Part shown: positions 23,412-33,180 of the stretch, in pieces
Layout of the letters: every line of letters begins with the position of its first letter
Position numbering within the stretch: the stretch's first letter is position 1
Virus record (IMG/VR): IMGVR_UViG_3300028888_000052
Origin: a virus
Lineage: Duplodnaviria; Caudoviricetes
Reading direction: 5' to 3' (one strand)
Length of the DNA stretch: 64,000 bases
Made by a program: the position numbers and the translations under genes
The notes under the pieces: generated by a model
The model's input: the letters and a program-made list of their open reading frames with translations, nothing else
What the model was told of the DNA's origin: nothing
Database searches by the model: none

Positions 23412-23979
23412 ATATGTCTTTTTTTATAAAGATTGGTTAAGTAATTATCAAAGAACCAGTTTTGTTGCTAATATAGATGATATTCTTGGTAAGACTGATG
23501 GTTTGATGAAAGAATTGTTTACATCAACTGAACAAGGATTTATGTTTATTAAAGCATTGTATTTTAATGATTTAAAAACTGCATCAAAAATCATTAAGAC
23601 AAATAATCCGGCCGAATGTCGTAAACTTGGCCGTCAAGTTAAAGGATATAATGATGAAGCTTGGGATAAAATTAGATATGACGTATTTTATTATCTTAAC
23701 CTTGAAAAATATAAGCAAGATAGACAATTACAATATCTTTTATTAGATAAGAAATTTGATCATAAAATTTTTGTTGAAGCTTCTCCAATAGATAGGATTT
23801 GGGGTGTAGGTTATGCAGAAGATGATGATAGAATTGAATATCGAGAATTTGATTGGGGTAGGAACTATCTTGGCAAAATCATAACTAATATTAGAAATAG
23901 AATATTACTAAATAAATTAGAGGATCCAAATTGGAATATTTACAATTATTGGGGTAAAGGAGATGAAAGCGATAGGTAA
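23395..23979 (+). CDS. NADAR-family (YbiA/DUF1768) N-glycosidase / ADP-ribosyl hydrolase
   Basis: LSNY, STEQGFMFIKA.YF.D, RKLGRQVK, WD, KYKQ, VEASPIDRIWGVG, WGRNYLG. Confidence 0.92.
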   Translation: MKITDEYVFFYKDWLSNYQRTSFVANIDDILGKTDGLMKELFTSTEQGFMFIKALYFNDLKTASKIIKTNNPAECRKLGRQVKGYNDEAWDKIRYDVFYYLNLEKYKQDRQLQYLLLDKKFDHKIFVEASPIDRIWGVGYAEDDDRIEYREFDWGRNYLGKIITNIRNRILLNKLEDPNWNIYNYWGKGDESDR

Positions 23980-24031
23980 TCTTTTATTGATAATTATAAT
24001 AGCAATTTGTATAATTATATTTGCAAGTTAA

Positions 24032-24736
24032 ATGATAGAGTGGAATAAATATTTTGACCATATATACTGTATTCATTATAAACCTCATGTTGAAAGATTT
24101 GATGAATTAAATGAAGAATTAAAAAGGGTTAGAATATTAGATTCAGGTATATTTGAGTATTTCTATAGTGATGTAGATAAGACAAAATATAAAATACCAG
24201 CTAATAAAGTTACAATACATCACAAAAGATGTATTTTAGATGCTTTAAGTAATAAATATGATAGAATATTGATTTTAGAGAATGATATAAGATTCTTGAA
24301 AGATTTATCTATTATGAAAAAATATTTAGAGCAAATACCTAAAGATGCTGATATGGTATGGTTTGATTATATATATGGATATGAATTATCTGAAATTGAT
24401 AGATATAAAAAATTAGATAAAGATTCTCTATATATAAATGTTGGACATGAAAATAGAATATTTTCTGCCGCTTGTTATATGTGTTCTAATCAAATGCAAA
24501 GACATTTGCTTGAATGCTATTCAAGATATCAAACCACCCCGGATTATTTTACTTGGTACAATCCTTTTGCACCTGACCAATTTAGAGATAAATTATTAAA
24601 TAGGTACATTGTAAATAAGAATATTGCTATTCAAAAGGTATTTGATGATAATCTTAGAGCTACATTACATGGAGAAAATAATACATATAAAAGATATACA
24701 TATCAAGGTTTAAATTTGGAAGACTATAATATTTAG
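24032..24736 (+). CDS. Glycosyltransferase, GT25-like
   Basis: FDHIYCI...ER, H..CI..A, ILILEND (EDD-like), SAACY. Confidence 0.7.
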   Translation: MIEWNKYFDHIYCIHYKPHVERFDELNEELKRVRILDSGIFEYFYSDVDKTKYKIPANKVTIHHKRCILDALSNKYDRILILENDIRFLKDLSIMKKYLEQIPKDADMVWFDYIYGYELSEIDRYKKLDKDSLYINVGHENRIFSAACYMCSNQMQRHLLECYSRYQTTPDYFTWYNPFAPDQFRDKLLNRYIVNKNIAIQKVFDDNLRATLHGENNTYKRYTYQGLNLEDYNI

Positions 24737-24785
24737 TCTTCCATTTATTTTTTAAATGATTTTAACATAAATTTTTTATATAATA

Positions 24786-24824
24786 TTTGAAAAAATAATT
24801 TTTGTTTCTATATTATATATGTAA
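24786..24824 (+). promoter_or_regulatory. Early-type promoter driving the mini-ORF array
   Basis: TTTGAA-N16-CTATATTATATATGTAA with no long ORF downstream. Confidence 0.8.
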
Positions 24825-24844
24825 AACAAATAAAAATAAAAACA

Positions 24845-25122
24845 ATGAATAAAAGAAACAAACCCCCGCCCACCCAAATAGATTTATAGATAATGATAAT
24901 GAATTTGAATATATTAATGAATCTTAAATAATTTGAAACATGATAAAATCTAGAGATCGACCCTGATTAAGATATATATGATATAAATTGATGATAATTA
25001 TTAGAATAAATGAAAAAAACTAACGAAGGAGATAGAAAATCCGGTGGAAAGTTTTCCAAATATTTGGTTTTAGATCCACCTTAATAAAGTCCACAACTAT
25101 GGCACGAGCATCCCCCAAATAA
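24845..25122 (+). other. Array of mini-ORFs with proline motifs: MNKRNKPPPTQIDL (24845-24889), MIKSRDRP (24940-24966), MKKTNEGDRKSGGKFSKYLVLDPP (25010-25084), MARASPK (25099-25122)
   Basis: Manual translation; the C-rich patches of this region fall on in-frame Pro codons. Confidence 0.55.
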
Positions 25123-25176
25123 AATAAAATATTTTTTAATTCTAAATTGTACTTAAACTATTTTATAAATATAATA

Positions 25177-25403
25177 AGAGACGAGAATTATGTTGTGAAA
25201 CATACGTCTTTGTATCACCACATTAGACAATATATCCAAGAGTTATATAGATGGCGCTACTAAATACCGGACATTCTCGATTAGCGAAGGCGTTTGCCAT
25301 CAATAATCATTTATGAGATCTGCATGGAGATACGGTCGCAACCAAGTTTAGTTGAGGAATATTAATGGTGATTTTGATGAGGACTCATAAGAGTCCTCTT
25401 TTT
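25177..25403 (+). ncRNA. Putative structured non-coding RNA of unknown class
   Basis: GC-elevated region with no long ORF. Nested helices: AGACG/CGTCT enclosing TATGTT-GTGA-AACATA; ATCACC..ATTA/TAATGGTGAT; GATGGC/GCCATC; GCTA/TAGC. Upstream CTATTTTATAAAT motif and a downstream terminator. Confidence 0.6.
25379..25403 (+). terminator. Intrinsic terminator
   Basis: GAGGACTC-ATAA-GAGTCCTC followed by TTTTT. Confidence 0.85.
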
Positions 25404-25459
25404 GTGTAATTATATCTCTATTTTTACTATTTTAAATTTAATCATTTGAATAATAGTGT

Positions 25460-27334
25460 ATGACATCAGACGTAATTATAAGTAGAGAAATTATTGAAAA
25501 TAACATAAAAGATTGGGTATTCGAAAAAATTAGTGAGAAATTTGAATTTAGACAACACCAATTAGAATGTATTGTTAATATTATTGATAATATCCTTTCT
25601 CATGGTAATCACAATTATGTGGTTGAGGCTCCTACCGGTTCTGGTAAATCTTTAATTAATATAATAGCTGCTGGAGTTTTGGCAGATTATTGGGATATTA
25701 CTTCATATATTCTTGTTTCAGATTTATTTTTATGGGAACAGTATTCTGATTTCTTAGTAAAGCATAAGAAAACAGGAATTGCTATGCTTAAAGGTAAGAT
25801 AGGTAATTATAAGTGTATGCTTAATGGTGAAGATATTACTTTAGCAGATTGTACACTTTCTGGTTTATCTTGGGCCTCTATGTATAATTTAAACACAATC
25901 AAAGAATATGGATATGATTGTGCTCATTCATGTCAATATGTTAAAGCACGTAAAAAAGCAGTTAAGTCTAAAGTTTGTTTAATGACATATCAGTTATTTA
26001 TACAAACATTCAAGATGATTAACCCAGATGATAATAATCCATACCAATTCAAATATCGTGATGTGATATTCTGTGATGAGTGTCATAATATTCCAAGTAT
26101 TGTAGAACAAAGAGTACATGCTCATATTAAAGAAAAAGATCTTAAAACTTTATTGGAAATTTATGATTATGTAAATAATAAAGAATTAGATTTATTTGAA
26201 AATCTTGAAGAGGATCAATCTAGTAAACCATTTATAAATATGACCCGTCAAGATGTTATAAATGAATTTAATGAATGTTGGAAAGTATTAAGTAATCCAG
26301 AATCACGAAAAGATGAAGATATGATATATCGAGAAAGATATGATGTATTGATTCAAAAATTCGTGCCAGTATGTGATGATATTAGAAATAAGATTACTTT
26401 AATGAAGAAATCTAAACAACACTTATCTAAAGAGGATTTGCATATGTTTAGTATTTCTAATTGGTTTTGGGATTATGCCCTTGAATTTGGTGAATATTGT
26501 GGACTTATTTCATTTTGTGGTAAAGAATATCAATTAAAAGAAATTGCTCCTGATAATAGAAAAGAAGAAGGTCCTGTTTGTACTTTTAGATGCCTTAAAG
26601 AAGATTATTTAGTGTATAAATATTTGTTAACAAAAGCTCAATGGAGAGTTATGTTATCTGCTACTATTGGTGGTCATGAGGCATTTGATGAGAATATGGG
26701 ATTTACTTATACAGAAGATCAAAAATCTTTAATGGAAGTTATACCTTCAACTTTTGATTTTACTGAGTCACCAGTTCATTTCTTGAATAAATTCAAAATG
26801 TCATTGAAAGAACGTGATATTTCATTTGGTCATCTCAAGACAGTTATATATTCTATTTGTAATACCAAATTTAAAAATCAAAGAGGAATGATACAAACAG
26901 GATCTTATGATATTGCAAAAAGATTATATGACCAAGCACCATTAGAAATAAAACAAAGAATGTTGGTTTATAATGGGTCAAGAGAAAAGAACACGATGAT
27001 TAAAATTCATCAAATGTCAGATAATACAATATTGGTTGGACCTACATTGAATGAAGGTATTGATTTACCAGGTGATGAATGTAGATTTATTATCATTATG
27101 AAAGTCCCATATCCAAGTCTTGGTGATAGATATGTAAAAGAGAAAATCAAGTTTTATCCCTTATGGTATAATTCAACAACATCTAATGAAATTATCCAAG
27201 GTATTGGTAGAGGAGTAAGATTTGATGGTGATTGGTGTGTCACATATATATTTGATGCTTGTTTCTGGAATTTATATTGTTCCACTAAAGAGCAATATTC
27301 ACAAGAACTCCAAGATAGAATTAACATAATTTAA
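25460..27334 (+). CDS. dinG: DinG/Rad3(XPD)-family SF2 helicase
   Basis: EAPTGSGKS, Cys cluster (Fe-S region), DECHN, LSATI, EGIDLPGD..RFIII.KVPYP, QGIGRGVR. Confidence 0.9.
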   Translation: MTSDVIISREIIENNIKDWVFEKISEKFEFRQHQLECIVNIIDNILSHGNHNYVVEAPTGSGKSLINIIAAGVLADYWDITSYILVSDLFLWEQYSDFLVKHKKTGIAMLKGKIGNYKCMLNGEDITLADCTLSGLSWASMYNLNTIKEYGYDCAHSCQYVKARKKAVKSKVCLMTYQLFIQTFKMINPDDNNPYQFKYRDVIFCDECHNIPSIVEQRVHAHIKEKDLKTLLEIYDYVNNKELDLFENLEEDQSSKPFINMTRQDVINEFNECWKVLSNPESRKDEDMIYRERYDVLIQKFVPVCDDIRNKITLMKKSKQHLSKEDLHMFSISNWFWDYALEFGEYCGLISFCGKEYQLKEIAPDNRKEEGPVCTFRCLKEDYLVYKYLLTKAQWRVMLSATIGGHEAFDENMGFTYTEDQKSLMEVIPSTFDFTESPVHFLNKFKMSLKERDISFGHLKTVIYSICNTKFKNQRGMIQTGSYDIAKRLYDQAPLEIKQRMLVYNGSREKNTMIKIHQMSDNTILVGPTLNEGIDLPGDECRFIIIMKVPYPSLGDRYVKEKIKFYPLWYNSTTSNEIIQGIGRGVRFDGDWCVTYIFDACFWNLYCSTKEQYSQELQDRINII

Positions 27335-27386
27335 TTAAACATATCAATTTTATATACTATATTAAATTTGTATAAATTAATTTAGT

Positions 27387-28226
27387 ATGGAAAGAACTGG
27401 TAAAATGTTGATTACTCTCAAGAATGGAGAGCAAAAATGGATGACTAAACGTGAATTTAATAATTATAAAAAACGTTTGACATCTCTTAAAAGTTTATAT
27501 GACCAATATGTTGATTATGGTTTTATAAATAATGCTCTATCTATTCAAGAAAAGGTACAAATGGTGGTAGATATGGGTGTTGAACTTATGGGCATTATAG
27601 GTACAACAGCTGATAAGATTACTATTACAGGATATAATTCAGTAAAGTCCCAAGTAAACAGAAATATTACCAAAGAAGATTTTGTCAATATCGTAAAGTT
27701 TGTTTGTACCCACGAAGATGGTGAAGGAGTAGATGATGCTAAATTAACATCTAAGATGCTTAAAGAAATTGATGAGAGTGTTTTTAAAATCAATTTCAAA
27801 CAGGTATTTTATAATCAATTTATAGAATTCAATGACTTTGCTGTAGTAGAAGATCCTAAAGATGTAATATTTCCAAAAATTAAATATTCTACCAATAACA
27901 AGAAATTCAAAGAGATAGTAAAGTCATGTGCTAAGGCTAGAAAATATCTTGATCAAAAACTTTGGCCGCAATATAAAGAATATGCTGCTTTGGCAGAATA
28001 TATTACAGAAGGTGATCTTACTTATGAAAGATACAAGAAATTAGTTGATTATAAGTATTATACCGGTGATGAAGATAAGCGTTTTCAAGGACAAGATAAG
28101 AGATGGGAAAAACTTGTTGAGAATTTCTTGAATGCATACAGGCTTTGTAAGAAATATGGATATAATTATTTTGAACAAGTTGAAAATGAAATTTATAACA
28201 ATCTAGCAGATGATAGTATTGTATAA
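27387..28226 (+). CDS. Hypothetical protein
   Basis: 279-aa ORF preceded by a CTATATTA motif. Confidence 0.7.
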   Translation: MERTGKMLITLKNGEQKWMTKREFNNYKKRLTSLKSLYDQYVDYGFINNALSIQEKVQMVVDMGVELMGIIGTTADKITITGYNSVKSQVNRNITKEDFVNIVKFVCTHEDGEGVDDAKLTSKMLKEIDESVFKINFKQVFYNQFIEFNDFAVVEDPKDVIFPKIKYSTNNKKFKEIVKSCAKARKYLDQKLWPQYKEYAALAEYITEGDLTYERYKKLVDYKYYTGDEDKRFQGQDKRWEKLVENFLNAYRLCKKYGYNYFEQVENEIYNNLADDSIV

Positions 28227-28938
28227 TAATGATTGTATAGATATATTAAAGAATATGGTTGGCAGTAATGTAGTTGTTGACCATATTATTTGTGATCTTC
28301 CTTATTTTCAAATTGTCAAAGATGATTTTGATAATCAATGGGATAGTGTTGAAAGTTATGTAGGTTGGTTTAATAGTTTACTTCAATATCTTAAGCAAAT
28401 TATAAAACCAGGTGGTAATATTATTTTATTCTGTTCAAGGCAAAATATGTGGAGAATGTGTAGAATGCTTTATGAAAATGGTTTTGAAGAGAATAGAACA
28501 ATTATATGGGCTCGTAAAAGAGGGTTTAACAATACAAGAGGAAAAGCTTTAGCAAGTGGTTATGAACCGATTTTATTTTGGTCGAAAGGAAAATCATCAA
28601 CATTCAATTCTATTAAAATCAAATCTAATTTAGATAGACCAGAATATAAAACCGGTACTCTTAAAGATGGTATAACATTATCTGATGTTTGGAATGATAT
28701 ACCAGCTCTTCCTCATAATTCTAAAGAAAAGGTAGATCACCCAACACAAAAACCAATTAAACTTATGGAACGTATTGTAACTTTATTTACAAATGAAAGT
28801 GATACTGTTCTTGATTTTTGTATGGGATCAGGTAGTACAGGAGTAGCATGTTTAAATCTTAATCGAAATTTTATAGGAATAGAGAAAGATTTAAAATATT
28901 TCAATATAGCTAAATCAAGACTTAATTATGGATTTTAA
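28210..28938 (+). CDS. DNA N6-adenine/N4-cytosine methyltransferase, beta class, orphan
   Basis: Motif IV variant DLPY before motif I DFCMGSGSTG; HPTQKP. Confidence 0.9.
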   Translation: MIVLYNNDCIDILKNMVGSNVVVDHIICDLPYFQIVKDDFDNQWDSVESYVGWFNSLLQYLKQIIKPGGNIILFCSRQNMWRMCRMLYENGFEENRTIIWARKRGFNNTRGKALASGYEPILFWSKGKSSTFNSIKIKSNLDRPEYKTGTLKDGITLSDVWNDIPALPHNSKEKVDHPTQKPIKLMERIVTLFTNESDTVLDFCMGSGSTGVACLNLNRNFIGIEKDLKYFNIAKSRLNYGF

Positions 28939-29146
28939 TGAAATGAATGAAGATGAATATTTTTATAAAGATTTAGAAGAATATTTTCCGATAGATTTAT
29001 TAACACAAGAAGAAAGAGAACATGCTATTCAATTAAATAAAGAATGTGGATGGTCTCAATCAGTTAAATATATTAAAGAATGTCGTTCTGATTTTGGATT
29101 AAAAAGTTCTAAAATTTATTACGATTTGTATATAAAGGAAAAATAA
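28928..29146 (+). CDS. Small protein with ribosomal L7/L12 C-terminal-domain-like helices
   Basis: QSVKYIKE...FGLKSSKIYYD resembles the .aiK.vRe..glGLkeAK..vd pattern. Confidence 0.45.
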   Translation: MDFNEMNEDEYFYKDLEEYFPIDLLTQEEREHAIQLNKECGWSQSVKYIKECRSDFGLKSSKIYYDLYIKEK

Positions 29147-29147
29147 T

Positions 29148-30173
29148 ATGGGATGGATTAAAAGACTATTTTGTAAACACGAATATGAATTTCTTCGCAA
29201 TATTTATGGTGATGAAATAAATTATTGTGGAGGATATCGTTCTATTTGGCGATGCAAAAAATGTGGAGCATTAGAATATAGAGAAAATTTACAGGTTTTT
29301 CCAATGATGCAAAAACTTGATAAATATTATGATGAATATTATAAAAATAAATATCAAAAATGGCAGAATTTAAGAAGAGATACATTAGATAAAATCACCG
29401 ATGAAATGATAAAAGCCGCTAAACGTGGGGAATGTTGGTATGATGCTATAATTGTTTGTGAAGAAGAATTTGATGATAAATACTATTTTGAAAAATGGCT
29501 AGAAGAAAATAAATTAAAAGTTGAAATTGAACTTTACGATCAAAAAGAAAAAACAGATAAGATTAATAAATATAAATTTCATATTCGTTGGAAATATCAT
29601 TATTAAATATGAAGATAGATCATAATTTACTTTGTTTGATTAATATTATCTTTTTAATATTATGGATGGTTGGTTTAATGGCTTATTATTGTACATTTAA
29701 ACCTGATGTATTAATTACAGATACTTATTTAAGGGAATTATTACTCGTTGGAACAATTCCTCCTATTATTTCCACTATTTACATGTTAATTGATAAAAAT
29801 AAATAATATGGGTAAATCAAAATTTCAAACAGTTTATGGGGTAAGAATTTTCCCTATTGAGTATTTAATAGATGAAGAACTAACTGAATCTGATTTGACT
29901 TGGCTTTTTGATAAAGGTTCTAAAAGTTTACTTTATTCAATCATCCTTGGTATGTTCAAAGTTATAGGAACAACTAAAAGAAATTATCAAATTATCAAGA
30001 TGATTCAATCTGATGATAAATGGTATGAGAAGTTTAATTGGTCTAAAGAGCAATTTGAAACGTATGAAGAAAAAGTAGCTTTGGCAATAAAAAATCTTTA
30101 CCAATATAGTTTAGAAGAATCTAGAATAATGGCTCAAAATATTATGTCTAACTATTCAATAACTGTAAAATGA
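29148..30173 (+). other. Hypothetical genes (29148-29606 with CxHxY...CxxCG, ~29609-29806 membrane, ~29808-30173)
   Basis: ORF track. Confidence 0.65.
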
Positions 30174-30979
30174 ATTTAACAAATATTCCTATTAAAGTTC
30201 AAGAATGTCTTGGGTATTATGTATATGGTTTGAAAGACCCAAGAACTAATGAATATTTTTATATTGGTAAAGGAAAAGGTAATAGAATATTACAACATCG
30301 TCAAGAAGCTTTAAATACTGATCATACAAATGATAAATGTGAAATCATAAGAGATATTATAAATAATGGATTGGAGCCCGAGCTTGTTATTTTACGTCAT
30401 AATATCAAGACAGAATCAGAAGCTTATGAGATGGAATCTCTTTGTATCAATCTGTATAATGATATTTGCAAATCAACTCAGCTATCTAATGCTGTAAGTG
30501 GTTGGCACCAAGATGATTTTGGAATACAATCATTGGAAGACATTATTTTAAAATATGATTGTCCTAATGTAGAATTTCCACCAAATGACCCTAACCAATA
30601 TGTTTGTTTGAATGCAAATCATTCATATGTGATTGCTTCTAAAAATCACAGAGATATTTATAGATATATAAAAGAATATTGGATATTGAATTTGAAGAAG
30701 GTTCAAACAATAGATTATGTATTAGTAATATATAAAGGCATAATTCGTAATGTATATAAACCCACATGTTGGTATGAAGCCGTCAAGCCATCTGATTATT
30801 ATAAGACGGCTTCTGGAAAAATGATACCAAAATTAGGGTTTGATGGTATTGAGGTAAAAGACTCACCTCTATTAAATACTAATATAGAGCATTTAGTAAC
30901 ATTCAACCAACGTGGTGCAGTATACTATAATTACGAAAAAGGAAAGAAAATTAAAAAATCAAAATTAAATATAATTTAG
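30170..30979 (+). CDS. GIY-YIG nuclease, LEM-3-like family
   Basis: YYVYGLKDPR...FYIGKGKGNR..QH, EA..ME...I, LSN. Confidence 0.85.
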   Translation: MNLTNIPIKVQECLGYYVYGLKDPRTNEYFYIGKGKGNRILQHRQEALNTDHTNDKCEIIRDIINNGLEPELVILRHNIKTESEAYEMESLCINLYNDICKSTQLSNAVSGWHQDDFGIQSLEDIILKYDCPNVEFPPNDPNQYVCLNANHSYVIASKNHRDIYRYIKEYWILNLKKVQTIDYVLVIYKGIIRNVYKPTCWYEAVKPSDYYKTASGKMIPKLGFDGIEVKDSPLLNTNIEHLVTFNQRGAVYYNYEKGKKIKKSKLNII

Positions 30980-31031
30980 TCTATTCACATTTCTATATTA
31001 TATATAATTCACAAATATATAGTGTAGAAAT

Positions 31032-31670
31032 GTGAAATATTTTGTAGGTATTGATCCATCTATTAATAGTACTGGTATTTGTATTATGAAATATGATGGA
31101 GATGTTAAAGTTAGAGAAGATTTTATTATATTGAAGCCATATAATAAAGAAAAATCTGAAGACAAACAATTAACTAAGAAAGAAAAAATTGCAAATGAAG
31201 ATTTATCTATAAACTTTGAATATATGTTTTATGATCATGAGGATTATTTAAAGTATGAAGATAACTTATTTGCAGAATATTGGAAAACTTCTAATATGGT
31301 AAACTTAGTTACTAAGGTTAAAGAGATAGTAGCTGATTTTACAAAAGATAATAGAGAATCTTTAAATATATTGATAGAAGGTATTAGTTATGGATCTAAG
31401 AACAGAACTAAATCTATCTTTGATTTAGCAGGACTTAATTATATGGTTCGTAATTATTTTATCAATAGAGATTGGTGCAATTTTTGGATAGCAACTCCAA
31501 CTTCAATCAAGAAATTTGCAACTGGTAATGGTTTAGCTAAAAAGGAATTAATGTATAGCATATTTGAGAAGACTCACCCAGAATATATGATTATTCCTAA
31601 GATTGATGATATAGCTGATGCATGGCACATGGCATTATATGTTAAAAAAATTGAGGAGCAATATTCCTGA
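31032..31670 (+). CDS. RuvC-like Holliday junction resolvase
   Basis: GIDPSINSTG, IEGISY, PTSIKKFATGNG.AKK, DDIADA. Confidence 0.85.
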   Translation: MKYFVGIDPSINSTGICIMKYDGDVKVREDFIILKPYNKEKSEDKQLTKKEKIANEDLSINFEYMFYDHEDYLKYEDNLFAEYWKTSNMVNLVTKVKEIVADFTKDNRESLNILIEGISYGSKNRTKSIFDLAGLNYMVRNYFINRDWCNFWIATPTSIKKFATGNGLAKKELMYSIFEKTHPEYMIIPKIDDIADAWHMALYVKKIEEQYS

Positions 31671-31720
31671 ATGCCCAAGGTTTAACAAATGTTAAAGGAA
31701 TATAAATTCTATTATAAAAC

Positions 31721-31750
31721 AAAAAAGGAAGCACCTGTGTGCTTCCTTTT
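31721..31750. terminator. Bidirectional terminator between convergent genes
   Basis: AAAAAAGGAAGCAC-CT-GTGTGCTTCCTTTT. Confidence 0.85.
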
Positions 31751-31770
31751 ACTTATTTGAATAATTAAAC

Positions 31771-33078
31771 TTATTTTGTATCTTGTTTTTCAAGAATTGC
31801 AAGATCTTTAGCTACTTTATTAAGAAGAGCAATTTTTACAGGATCATTCTTGTAAGCTTCAGCTAATTGAGCGATCTTCTTCTTACGAACATCATATTGA
31901 GCTTCTTTGTTAGCTTCAAGTTGTTCACGAATTTCTTTAGCTTCAGGTGTTTCCATTTTCTTGCAATCTTCGTTGATTCTTTCTTCAAACATAGTATTAA
32001 GGTTAATACCAGAAACTTTCAATACATCTTTAAGAGCTTCAGCCATATATTCATAGTTTTGGCAAGATGAACCAGCATTAACTGAATGGAATACTGTTAC
32101 ATTAACATTATCTTTAGCTTCAGTAATAGCTACAAATGTACCATTTGCACAGTTAAGAAGTTTAACATTGTTAAGTACACAAATGTTTTCCATGTTCTCA
32201 AATAAATCAGCGCAATTAGAAGCAATATTCATAAATGCCATCTTTTCTTGAATTGGCATAGTCTTTGAAAGCATATTAGCATATTCACGGAACTTAATTG
32301 ATTCAGTGAAAGTTTCATTGATTTTACCCTTTTCAAAAGTAATAGACTTTTCAAATTTATTCTCATCAATTTCTTTATCAGCAATAGTAATCTTATTCAA
32401 ATCACCATGTGTACTTCTAAATTCATATATAAGATTATTGTCTTCATCTCTCTTAAATGATTCAAGAAGTTTGTTATATCTAGCAAATGCTTGGTCATCA
32501 CATTTAACTTGATTAACTTTACCTTCAGAAATCTTATAAGATGTACCATTAATCATGAAAGTAACATCTTCACCTTCTTTAATAATATATGAAATAGGAG
32601 AAGTTACTGTATATTGATTAGTATAAGCTTCTGTAACATTAGTCTTATACACTTCTTTACAAACTTGTCTGAATTCTGGAATATATTGGATATTCTTCAA
32701 AGCACCAGCTTTAATATAAGATATTACATTAGATTCATCCATTTCTAAAATCTTTTCAACTTGTTGTACACCTAACTTATTGATGTAATTATAAGTTGAG
32801 TTGTTGTTAGAAATACTTTCACATGCAGAAGCAAGTTTCCAAGAAATGTTATTTTCGTTAATGAACTTATTTACAGATTCCAATATACTCATCAAACCTG
32901 TATCAAAGCTTAATTTAGATGCTTCAAGAACGAAGCCATTAACTATACCGCAACTTGCAGGATTAGTGTACACATATGCACGATAGTTGTTCAAAATCTC
33001 CTTACCTGCCTCTGTGATAGCTTCAGTTGAATTAATCTTTTCAGCAAAGTTAAGGTCTTTAAGTAATTTTATGCTCAT
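31771..33078 (-). CDS. Putative prohead core / virion protein
   Basis: 435 aa on the late strand with numerous [ILV]xE-[ASG] motifs (ITEA, ILES, VTEA, IKEG, ISEG, LLES). Confidence 0.5.
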   Translation of the reverse strand: MSIKLLKDLNFAEKINSTEAITEAGKEILNNYRAYVYTNPASCGIVNGFVLEASKLSFDTGLMSILESVNKFINENNISWKLASACESISNNNSTYNYINKLGVQQVEKILEMDESNVISYIKAGALKNIQYIPEFRQVCKEVYKTNVTEAYTNQYTVTSPISYIIKEGEDVTFMINGTSYKISEGKVNQVKCDDQAFARYNKLLESFKRDEDNNLIYEFRSTHGDLNKITIADKEIDENKFEKSITFEKGKINETFTESIKFREYANMLSKTMPIQEKMAFMNIASNCADLFENMENICVLNNVKLLNCANGTFVAITEAKDNVNVTVFHSVNAGSSCQNYEYMAEALKDVLKVSGINLNTMFEERINEDCKKMETPEAKEIREQLEANKEAQYDVRKKKIAQLAEAYKNDPVKIALLNKVAKDLAILEKQDTK

Positions 33079-33180
33079 ACTTTATATATTTGTTATATTT
33101 TTGTCGGTATCATATAGTTATATTTAATAATATAACTATTTATATAATAATAAAATTTTTATTCAATTATTTTATAAGAT

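Noticed and set aside
24978-24986. ATG-ATA-TAA, identical to the lambda bar minigene, inside the mini-ORF array
   Set aside because: This 9-mer is expected by chance several times in sequence this AT-rich, so it is not counted as evidence.
25374-25403. Hammerhead ribozyme (TGATGAG followed by a stem)
   Set aside because: Lacks the leading C of CUGAUGA and the GAAA after stem II; the stem plus T-run is a plain terminator.
28210-31670. Restriction-modification system (MTase plus GIY-YIG/RuvC nucleases)
   Set aside because: The nucleases belong to repair/resolvase families and are not adjacent to the MTase; an orphan protective MTase is more parsimonious.
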